Part shown: positions 30,800 through 42,565 of the stretch, one piece after another | How positions within the stretch are numbered: the stretch's first letter is position 1 | How the letters are laid out: each line of letters opens with the position of its first letter | Origin: the human T2T-CHM13v2.0 reference genome, Homo sapiens | Direction: 5' to 3' (one strand) | Length of the DNA stretch: 64,000 nucleotides | Assembly (NCBI RefSeq): GCF_009914755.1 | Contig: NC_060930.1 | Program-made: the position numbers and the translations under genes | The notes under the pieces: model-generated | Databases searched by the model: none | What the model was told of the DNA's origin: nothing | What the model saw: only the letters and a program-made list of their open reading frames with translations

Positions 30800-31930
30800 T
30801 CAGTAAATAATTATAAGGTGTCTTCTATATGCCAGATATTATTTTCAACATGGGGACTTCTGCACCTAACAGTCCCTGCCTTTAAAGGAGCTGGTGGCTA
30901 ATGGGAAAGTAAGTGGAGTAAACAAACGAACCCAGCTCCATGAATGAAGAAAACTGGGAGAGGCAAGGCCAGAGTCTAATGAAGGCTGGAGAGAGCCCTA
31001 AGCCAGTCTGGGAGTTAAGAAAAGCTTCCTGGTGGAGCCGACTTCTAGTTAGAGTGTTGAAAATGACCCAGAGTTGCTGGGCTAGAGGGTACTGAGTTTG
31101 CATGCATGGGAGATAGAGTGTCAAGAACTCCCAGTATTAAGAGTATTAAGATCTGGGCCAACAAATTGGCCTTAGAGGTATGGGCTCTGGGAGAGGAGGC
31201 TGGAATAGGAAGGAAAACAGAGAAAGGATCTGTTTGAATAATTAGGGCTTAGAATTTGTATTGTAAACAAACAATGGTGAGCTGTTGAAGAATTTTGAGG
31301 AGGGAATGATAATCAGATTTCCATTTTTAAACTGTTGCCCTGAAGTGATTTGGAGAATGAAGTGAGGGTTGGGGATGTGAGTTAGGAGAGCCATTATTGA
31401 TGATGAAAGGTCAGTTATGAGACTGCTATTGTCATCATTAACATAAGTTAATTTTGAAGACCTAAATTAAGGGAGAGCAGTAGAAATGGAAAGGGCAAAT
31501 GGCTTCCAGAAATGTTGAGATAAAATCAGCAAACCTCGATTCTGATTAGATGTAGGGGACGAGTCAAGTCTGGGTTGAAGGAAATGTCTGGAGATGAGTC
31601 TGAAGTGCCCATGGGGGACATTCTTTTGGACACATCTAGAGAAGTTGGATATTTTAATTCAAACCTCAGAAAAGATCTGGTTGGAGGCAAATTTGGAAAT
31701 CAGCGGATACAGGTGTAGCTGAAGCTAAGGGCCTGGGAGAAGTACCTGTCTGAGAGGCACTGTGGATGGTGAAAAGGGGGCAGATACCACAATTGACAGG
31801 GATGGTGGGAGAAGAAAGCCAAGGTGGGGCCAGAGAGGGTAGTGTCATTGTCACTTAAGCCAAGAGAGGAGGCATTGGTTAGCATTGGGAATCCTTGCAG
31901 AGCTCAGGAGAGATAAGCATTAAAACAGGG
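30800..31930. mobile_element. Degraded L2 fragments
   Basis: Purine-rich sequence with L2-like motifs (ttcattcagtaaata; gatttggagaatgaa; aaagatctggttggaggcaaatttggaaatc). Confidence 0.5.
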
Positions 31931-32957
31931 TAATAGTTTCACGGGAGAGAAATGACTCTCATTTCCTCTGTAACATCAAACCTAAACTTTCACTAATTCC
32001 ACTGCACCTAGCCCACTCCCTTCCTCATTACTCCCCAGTAGCCCCTCTGCTCACAGACCTACCAGGAAGTCATACCATTCCTATGCTCTTATTTTGCCTC
32101 TTTGCTAGAATGCCCCAATTCTCACTTGTCTGAGCTCTATCCAGCCTTCTAGGGCTAACACAAGCCCACTTCCCCCCAACGCTGCCCCAGGATACTCCGA
32201 GTTTGTTCTCTTCTATAGATCTATTTGTATTTCGCTCTAGTTTACACTTGTTTATGTGTGTCATCTGGTGTTGTTGGCTGTTGATTCATGAAGTTTGACT
32301 CTTCTAAGCTTCTTGAGGTAAAGGGTCTTATTGTATTCTTCCTCTGCGGCCTTTGTAGCCTGGAATAGTGTTGAATAGATAATCCTTGCTCTGAAAAAGA
32401 TTTCTGGTTGATCAAAATTACAAGACTTGAGATTATCCAGTTAATAAAAATTCTTGAGGAAGATTTAAATTTCAGCTGTCCAGGAGCTGGAGTGAACCCT
32501 GTGCAAAGGAGATTGTTCTAAGGTAGAATCTTGGTCAGCTGATAGTCACATCAGGTTAGGTAGGAGGGTGTGGGAACAGAGGCCAGAAGTGAGGGAGGGG
32601 CTCTCTTACTCAGTGCAGCCACCTGGGAAGGCTGGGAGGCTTCAACATCATGATGACAATATGTGGTTTCCTCCAAAACGGGCTCAAATTTTACAGCTGG
32701 TCCTTTGAATCATGGAAGCATTGCCCATACCTGCTTGGTGAAAGTGAGGCCTAAGAGGGAGGGGGGCAGACCCCACTTGACAGTGGTTTCTGAAGTTAAT
32801 GATGATAAAAGAATTATAACTCATGGTACCATTTTTGTAGCTGTGTTAGCTGCTCTCAAAGGGAGAATTTCATGGCAGAGGAAGAGGTGGTTGCTAAGGA
32901 AATGACAGAAAAAAAGAAAACAACCCAAACCCTCTTTCTGACCACAAGTTTAGAATT

Positions 32958-33275
<318 letters not shown>

Positions 33276-33321
33276 CTTAGAATTTTTCATGACCTTGCAC
33301 TACCAAAGGGAAATTTAAGTC

Positions 33322-33683
<362 letters not shown>

Positions 33684-36600
33684 TGAGAGGTAAGGAATCA
33701 TATTCTGAGTTAGAGCCTATGGTGGTTGTATCCCTGGACTCTCAGGTTCCTTTGTGGCTATTGGGTTACACACTCCAGGGGGTGGAGTTATTAAGAAGAC
33801 CCTGAGATCTCTGTGGCTGCATTTTAAAGATCTCATTTGTAAGGGAAATGATGATTCTGCCAATTTCTCTCCCCTTGTGCACCTTTTCTTTTGAAGTTAA
33901 AGTTAATATCCCTTTGGACTTGTACCTCTCTGCTTCTTAGTTCTATAAATCTCTTCCTAGTTTATTTTCTGAAAGAGTGAAGTAGAAATAATTTCCAGAA
34001 AATAACTTGTCAACATAAAGTCATGAGGGAGGCTGGTGATATGAGAAATAGAAGGAACTGTCAGAGCTCTGCAGTCATGGTCTTCTGCAGACCAATAATA
34101 AGGCAGTATCATGTTCCGTCCTTTCTCCCTCAGAACAGACAGATGCCAGTTAGTTCCCAGGTCTGAATTGTGCTCTCTTCCAATCGCTAAACTACTAAAA
34201 CCCAAAGTTTTAGTCTTTAGAAATTCAGTTGAGTTGTCAGTTTATAAGAACCTGCTATGTGATGGATACGCTATTTTAAGGATATGAAGATTAGTAGGAA
34301 TTGTGTGGTTATATATTATTTAACTCTGGATGCAGGAATCGTCTGATTGGTTTGGGTTCCCAAAGATGAGAGAAATAGCCTTGATTTTAGACAGCATGCA
34401 GACAGGGATACTGGGAGCATCTTTGGGGATTCCTTCTTCTATAGTCACTGGGGTTATACCCAGTGACTCACCTTGATTTCTCCCAGCCATAAAATCAGAC
34501 TGGTAATTTCATCTGGTTTGCTCTCTACTTCACAAGAGGTAGTAGAAGACTATATCTAAAGAATAGAGCACTTTAATTCCCCAGAACTCCAACAAGCCCA
34601 GCACCCCCAGATTATATGTTGCTAACAGCAACAGGGCAACTTGAGAAGTTATCCCACATCCCAGGCCCATTCCTGTAGTTCGTCCACCAAGGTCAGTTGG
34701 AGAAACTTCCATCCAGAACTGAACTCTAAGGCACTCGGATCCCTCTGCTGGCTGATAGCAGAAGCACCACTTAGCTTTTTCTTTTCTTTTTGTTTTCAAA
34801 TGAATTCAGGTATTCTAATTAGCATTTTCTTTCTCTCTCCCACACTCCCTCTTTCTGTGTTTCTCTTTCTGGCTGACTGTAATCCTTAATACACTTCTCT
34901 TGGTGTCTTTAATTCCTACATTGAGCTTGAGTTCATAGCCCATTCCTGGTAGAAGACCACTGTCTGATGGGTGCTGGCTAAATGAATGCCTCAATACAGG
35001 GTTACAGGGGCTGCCATAGAAATAGGTTCAAGGTATGGAGGGGACATTAGGCCCTGAACTCATGAATGATTCCTGCATCTCATATCAGTGATGGTCATAA
35101 TAATGGCAAGTAGTTATGCAGACTTGGAACCAAGCACTTTGTTAAACACTTTACAGCCATTATGTCATATAGTTCTTTTTCAGCCCTGTAAGGCAGCTTC
35201 TCTGTCATTTACTCCACAGATAACAAAGCTCAGGCTGGATTCATGCAGCTTGTTGATGGTGGGGCTCAGGATGTGAGTTCAGGTCTCTCTGGCACCAATG
35301 TCATAACTGCAAACTACAATGACTTCAGATACTCCAGGCTTTCCAAGCCCATATCTTGGCAGAAGTTCTTTGACCTTGCTCTCTGCCTAGAAGTCTCTTC
35401 CGCCTTTATCTTTTCTCAGGAATTCTGATTTTTCCTTCAAGATTCAGTTCAGGGTCACTTCAAGAGGGCTATACCCCCATCCTTTCCCTGTTTTGGTTGT
35501 TTGCTGAGACCTCTGTGAACCAGTGTTTGTCTCTAATGGAGCACTTATTGCACATTTTTGTGTTGATTCCCCTACATGTCTGTCTCCCCAGTAAACTTTG
35601 ATCTCTTTGAAGGCAGGAAGTGTATCTTACCAGTCTTTGTATCCCTAGTACCTAGTACCTAGCACAGAGCCCAGCTCATAGCAATAAAAATGACAGCAAT
35701 ATTTCACATTTACTACGCACTTACCTTGGGCTGGGCAGAGTGCTAAGCACTTCATTTTTTAGACCCTCTCATTTAACTATCACACAACCCATATAATATA
35801 TAGAATTATGAAGAAACTGAGGCTGAGAGAATTCTATAACTTGCCCAAGGTCACCCCAGTAAGTGGCAAAACTGGAGCTTGACTCCAGGTCTCCCTGAAC
35901 TTCTTTACATTTTATTAATTTTCATGCCCTACACTTTTTTACCTGATTAGGTATTTTTTCTCTTCCAATATTGATTGAGACGTATGAGTAGGAATTACAT
36001 TTTCTTTGCTAAAATTAGTAAGCACCTTGAACAGTACTTGCTGTATGTGCTCCAGTACTTGCTGTATGTGCTTGCTGTATGTGCTCCATTTAGATAAATC
36101 AGATATTAAATTTTTCTGAAGAAAAAAGCTTGGGAAACATAATTACATAAGGTAACTAGAAATGATCAAAATCTATTTCTTTACCTAGCAACTTCAGATG
36201 AAATTTTGCAGCAGTTTTATGAAATATTTTATGAAATAATTGCTGTATTCGTCTGTCACTGAGAAATACAAGTGTAAGTTAAGCATTTCTGAAGCCTGAA
36301 ATTCACCGAGTGCAGTTTTAATTACCCAAGAGAAGCAAATCTAAAACTACTTGCTTTTCAGAGCATAATTTAAAAAATGAACAACAGTCTTTGCAATGAG
36401 ATTTTATGTTAAATTTAGGTCACATGTTAATTTTAACTGTTAGGATATCCTAGAATGTGCATTGTTCTTTACCAACCTAACTGATGAGTCAATTTGCCTG
36501 TCTTAAATATGAGGCTTAGTCAGTTGCTCACCTCATATTTTCAAAGTACCAGTGAAATTAGTGGATAGTTTAAGATTAGGTAGGTGCTAAAGAAATACAG

Positions 36601-36819
36601 TCTATCATTAGCTATATCAATATTTGTAATTCTTATACTTCAATATGATATTTCATGCTATTAAAGCCTGTTTATTACATTTTAATATCGAGAAAAGCCC
36701 ATATCCTTTAAAGGTTACCTTACTTATAATTAAATCTTGATAATCATTAAGTCATTGGTATCACTAAATTATGTTAGGGTAGCTAACATTTCCATTTTAC
36801 AAGATGTAACTTTGCCTCA

Positions 36820-37466
<647 letters not shown>

Positions 37467-37567
37467 CTACAGATGAATTAAAGGAGGCTCAAAGAAGCTG
37501 TCTGCAGCTCCTTGCTTCCTCTACTGTACCAGAAAGCCACGTTGCATTAAAATAACCACGGATCCTA

Positions 37568-37857
37568 GCCGGCCTGGTGGCTCACGCCTGTAATCTCAAC
37601 ACTTGGGGAGGCTGAGGAGGGAGGAGTGCTTGAGCCCAGGAGTTTGGGCCCAGCCTGCTGTACATAGCGACACCCCTGTCTCTACAACAACAGCAGCAAC
37701 AAAAAATTATCCGGGCGTGTTGGCGTGCATCTATGGTCCTAGCTACTCTGGAGGATCACCTGAGCCCAGGAATTAGAGGTTGCAATGAGCTGTGATCGTG
37801 CCACTGCACTCTAGCCTGGGCGACAGAGTGATACCCCGTCTCAAAAGAAAAGAAAAT
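37568..37857 (+). mobile_element. AluJ
   Basis: Diverged sense Alu ending about 75 nt before the PAQR8 acceptor. Confidence 0.88.
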
Positions 37858-37904
37858 AGCCATAGTTCCTTGTCCGTCTTAGCTGCATTCGTGTCTCACT
37901 GCGG

Positions 37905-37933
37905 CTTTGCCAATTTTCCTTTCTTTTCTGCAG
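37905..37933 (+). other. PAQR8: 3' splice acceptor of the PAQR8 coding exon; exon begins at 37934, giving 52 nt of 5' UTR in this exon
   Basis: Pyrimidine tract ttttcctttcttttctgCAG|GTTGCAT, followed by a shift to GC/CpG-rich sequence. Confidence 0.9.
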
Positions 37934-37985
37934 GTTGCATACCCTGTCCTGAGGGCGCGGCACGGAGTGCATGCGGGCCGCTGCC

Positions 37986-39050
37986 ATGACGACCGCCATC
38001 TTGGAGCGCCTGAGCACCCTGTCGGTCAGCGGGCAGCAGCTGCGCCGCCTGCCCAAGATCCTGGAGGATGGGCTTCCCAAGATGCCTTGCACTGTCCCAG
38101 AAACGGATGTGCCCCAGCTCTTCCGGGAGCCTTACATCCGCACCGGCTACCGCCCCACGGGGCACGAGTGGCGCTACTACTTCTTCAGCCTCTTTCAGAA
38201 ACACAACGAGGTGGTCAACGTCTGGACCCATTTACTGGCAGCCCTGGCCGTCCTCTTGCGATTCTGGGCCTTTGCCGAGGCTGAGGCCTTGCCATGGGCG
38301 TCTACCCACTCCCTGCCTCTGCTCCTCTTCATCCTGTCGTCAATCACTTACCTCACCTGCAGCCTTCTGGCCCACCTGCTGCAGTCCAAGTCAGAGCTCT
38401 CCCACTACACCTTCTACTTTGTGGACTATGTTGGCGTGAGCGTTTACCAATATGGCAGTGCTTTGGCTCATTTCTTCTACAGCTCTGACCAGGCCTGGTA
38501 TGACCGGTTCTGGCTTTTCTTCTTGCCAGCAGCTGCCTTCTGTGGCTGGTTATCTTGTGCTGGCTGTTGCTATGCCAAATATCGTTACCGGAGGCCTTAT
38601 CCAGTCATGAGGAAGATCTGTCAAGTGGTGCCAGCAGGTCTGGCTTTTATCCTAGACATCAGCCCTGTGGCACACCGTGTGGCGCTCTGTCACCTGGCTG
38701 GCTGCCAGGAGCAAGCAGCCTGGTACCACACCCTCCAGATCCTCTTCTTCCTGGTTAGCGCTTATTTCTTCTCCTGCCCCGTGCCTGAGAAGTACTTCCC
38801 GGGTTCCTGTGACATCGTGGGCCATGGGCATCAGATCTTCCATGCATTTCTGTCCATCTGTACGCTCTCCCAGCTGGAGGCCATCCTCCTGGACTACCAG
38901 GGGCGGCAGGAGATCTTCCTGCAGCGCCATGGACCCCTATCTGTCCACATGGCCTGCCTCTCCTTCTTCTTCCTGGCTGCCTGCAGTGCTGCCACCGCAG
39001 CCCTTCTGAGGCACAAAGTCAAGGCCAGACTGACCAAGAAAGATTCCTGA
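37986..39050 (+). CDS. PAQR8: Membrane progestin receptor beta (PAQR family member 8), 354 aa, uninterrupted CDS
   Basis: ORF MTTAILERLS...RLTKKDS starts at GCCATGA (37986). It has the PAQR/hemolysin-III motifs EPYIRTGYR, HNEVVNVWTH, SLLAH (SxxxH) and PEKYFPGSCDIVGHGHQIFH (HxxxH), several hydrophobic segments and a C-terminal KKxx. The ORF track starts 5 codons earlier at a weak-context ATG (37971). Confidence 0.98.
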   Translation: MTTAILERLSTLSVSGQQLRRLPKILEDGLPKMPCTVPETDVPQLFREPYIRTGYRPTGHEWRYYFFSLFQKHNEVVNVWTHLLAALAVLLRFWAFAEAEALPWASTHSLPLLLFILSSITYLTCSLLAHLLQSKSELSHYTFYFVDYVGVSVYQYGSALAHFFYSSDQAWYDRFWLFFLPAAAFCGWLSCAGCCYAKYRYRRPYPVMRKICQVVPAGLAFILDISPVAHRVALCHLAGCQEQAAWYHTLQILFFLVSAYFFSCPVPEKYFPGSCDIVGHGHQIFHAFLSICTLSQLEAILLDYQGRQEIFLQRHGPLSVHMACLSFFFLAACSAATAALLRHKVKARLTKKDS

Positions 39051-42000
39051 GGCTGGCAAGTGGGGCAACGTGTGGAGGAAGCCCCTCATAATTTGGAGAA
39101 AACTTGATACAATAGAAGCTGACTCTTAAGGCATTGGCTTTTAAATTAATACATATATCCAAGGATATGTTATAGCTGCAGTGTTTGAAAGCCAAAGGAT
39201 TTAAGAGTTTTGTTGTTGTTAATAAAAGGAATACTCCTTTTCCTTTTGGATCATAGCTTAACAAGGCACAGGAAGGGAAGGGATCTTGACTAAGATTCAT
39301 GAGACATTGAATTAAGGAGAATCATCTTCATGCCTGAAAATTTAGCAAAATTCCGACTATGGCCTCCAGGGGCAATTCCTAAAAGCTGAATGGATAATAA
39401 AATTGGACTGGAAAGTAAGTAGGTGGCTGGTCCTCACCCTGTTGGAATGGCTATCCTACTATGCTGTTCTTTGGTAATGGAATAAATTGACCCAAGGACC
39501 GAATTTCATTTGGATTTCAAATTGTCCAGAGTGGAAAAGCCTTCAAGATGACATGATGAATTACTCAGTTCATCTGATTTCTGGTCCCTCCTTTCTCGAC
39601 AACTATAATACTAACCCTTTTCTCAGGATAACTGTCTACACCTGGCAGTTTTCTCTGACGTGCTGTTCACTCACATCCCTACCTTGCATGGTAATATAAA
39701 GGACTAGGAAGCAGTCATACTTCCAGGAAATGCTTGGATTCATGTGGACATTCAGGAAGCTTATTCTCATATAATACTAATCTAAACAGTACTAGAAATT
39801 ACAGTGCCAAGAGCCACCAGGAGGCCCAGCCAATAAGCATAGATACTATATGGTATCATGGGACCCATCTATTTTTTACCAGTGGACTACAGGATTACTT
39901 GAGAGTTATCAGGGCTGCCTAACAGACCAGGAGATCTGGGGGTTGCACCAGGGAATCGCCATATTTGACCAGCATGTTTTAAAAGCTCTTGGTAGGATTA
40001 GTTGGTTCTAAGGATCCCTCTAGGGACCTCATTATTTCAAGAGGAACCCAAAGTCCAGCCTCCTACATAGATGCTGCCCCACGAAGGACCCACAAAACTA
40101 ACCTAGTTCAGGGTTCTCAGGCAGGCAGTTCTGCTTCAGCTTAGAGCAGAACCCATAAAATACTCAAGTACTGGGATAGGCAAGCATGTGTGTTTACTGT
40201 GGATTGGTCCCTGAAGGCTCCTTTGGGTGAGAACATGTGAACCAGGCACCCTGGTTTGTTTGGAGCATTGCTGCCCAGAAGCTTCTATGGGATAGGTGGT
40301 GCTTGGGATTGATGTGTTGTGGCCATGCAGCCCTCCCTGAGGATTGACTTCTGCACTAATCCAGTGAAGGAGGCTGTGTCAAAAGAAGGGCTCAGAAGCC
40401 CTCTTTTCAGAGGCAATGATTCCTGTCAGTATGAGGTCCCTTAGTTACTAAAAAGGGACATGATTTAACTCCAGTTTGATGAACCTCCTCCGAGTTTACT
40501 TTATTGTCTTCAAATCTTTTGTTTTCTTCCTTTTTGTGAGATTTGTGGGTTTTGTGCCTTATAAATGGAAATGTATGAACACAATATATGCTCATGTAGA
40601 ATTTTCTGTTCTGGGTTATTGGGATAAGAAAAAATATATATTGCTCTTCAACTAGTGAATGAAAGAAACTTCAGAAAGCTAGAATTGCTTATCAATCAAA
40701 AGACTTTCTCAATCTATTTTGGCCACAAACAAACATATTCAACTGAAGCTTTCCAATAATCTTTATATCAAGAAAGCATGCGTCTTGTCAGCTACATTGT
40801 TTTCTTAGATGGATTTCTCCTGTTAATCCTCAAATATCTGAACTTCTGTGTTACCCAAGTGTCTTATACAAGCTTCTGGTGTCTAGGACAAATTTATGGC
40901 AAATAAAATTAGCAAAACTGAACTGGGTTGAACTGAACAAGAGGATGGGGGAATTGTGCAAATACATTGTTAGTAGAAGGTCAATTTAAAATAGGGACTA
41001 GAAATTATTTGAAGTTTTCTTTATTACGGATTCAAAGACTTATTTTGAAAGTTGGAAGGAGAAGGGAGGGAAGAGAGCAGAAGGGAAGAAGGTGTAAGTC
41101 AAGCTCTTGAATATAACTGGTGGTATTGTGGGCAGAGATCTTTAGTTCAAATCCACGTATTTTTTAAAAGAGAGAACCGGAGGTAGAGCAATGATCAGAT
41201 GGGTGCACAGACCAGTGCCAATCTGAACATTGTTAATGGCCTGTGACATGATGAGCACAGGAACAGGCATGAAGATATTGCCATACAATTTTAATTTATA
41301 CAAGTATTGGCCCCTCAAGTGGTTGGAAATTTTTTTTTTAATCTCTTTTTCTGAGACAGGGTCTTACTCTGTCGCCCAGGCTGGAGTGCAGTGATGCAAT
41401 CACGGCTCACTGCAGCCTCGACCTCCCCAGCTCAAGCAATCCTCCCACCTCAGCCTCCTAAGTACCTGGTACTACAGGCGCGTGCCACCACACCTGGCTA
41501 ATTTTTGCATTTTTTGTAGAGACAGGGTTTTGCCACGTTGCTTAGGCTGGTCTTGAACTCCTGAACTCAAGTGATCCGCCCACCTCAGCCTCCCAAAGTG
41601 TTGGGATTACAGACATTAGCCATCACGCCTGCCCTAGAAACAGTTTTTTAATAGGAGATATTTGAGAGGCATTGAGGTAGGAGACTCTATGACATGCCCT
41701 CAGAATATCAGAATCTTCTTAGAAATAAACTAGGAAATGCAGATGTTTTTAACTACTCAGACTTTTGAGGAATTAATCCTTTTAAAACATTTTTGTTAAA
41801 GTTAGTGTATCAGTAAGAAACAGACCTAGTTTAAAAGGAATAATCAACAATTTTATAAAGGAGATGGCTTATTCAACCATAGCCCCTCCAACATATCTAC
41901 TGGAAATTCTGCTGGTTAACTTTATCTCTCTCTCTCTTAATTTAGACTTTCAACCTATGAAAATGTAAATACCTTTGAAAAAACTAAACTATCAGTCATT

Positions 42001-42454
42001 TACATCTTCTCATGAATGAAATGCAGTGTAGGGAGAGGAGATGGCAGGACACAGCAAACAGGACACATTTGCCTGCTTCTCTCTTGCCTAATTCTTCCTG
42101 ACCTGTATTTACTGATGCTTAATAATACTTGTAAGACTCTAGGGGTTCATTTCCCATTTCAGCGGAAAGTACTTCACTCAACAACAATATTCTCAAGAGT
42201 CTTCTACTGGAAGCTAGAAAGAAATAGGAATTTAAGTCCATAGAATGAAGGTAGTTATTCCTGCCTGTGTTGCCCACCTGTTCACAAAAAGTACCTTTAT
42301 GCTTGAAAACATTAGGTTCTTTGGTTACTGCACTGTAGTTTCAAATGGATCCTCCAGATGGCATTCATGTCTTACTCAGAAAGGGCACTGCCATTGTCCC
42401 CAAGGCTTCTGTCTACTAATTCTATTGGTCTTGTGTTTTGCTTGATTGCTTGGC

Positions 42455-42485
<31 letters not shown>

Positions 42486-42550
42486 AGCTATTTTCTGTCT
42501 ATATAAATCTACTTATATGAATAACCATTAAAGTGATTTTGTATATGCAT
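39051..42550 (+). other. PAQR8: PAQR8 3' UTR
   Basis: Mostly unique AT-rich sequence after the stop codon, ending at an ATTAAA signal with a downstream GU-rich element. Confidence 0.8.
41345..41634 (-). mobile_element. AluJ in the PAQR8 3' UTR
   Basis: Full-length antisense Alu consensus. Confidence 0.93.
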
Positions 42551-42565
42551 TGTTGTAGTGTCAGC
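42527..42565 (+). terminator. PAQR8: Distal polyadenylation signal of PAQR8 (ATTAAA; cleavage near 42549)
   Basis: ATTAAA at 42527-42532, CA at 42548-42549, then ttgttgtagtgt. Confidence 0.7.

Noticed and set aside
36032-36088. CAGTACTTGCTGTATGTGCTC repeated about 2.7 times (similar small duplications at 9427-9448 and 42740-42769)
   Set aside because: Routine slippage micro-duplications with no evidence of function.
37841-38930. Antisense and shifted-frame ORFs over the PAQR8 CDS (37896-38231, 37907-38284, 38652-38930)
   Set aside because: Shadow frames of a GC-rich CDS; several use non-ATG starts or cross the splice acceptor.
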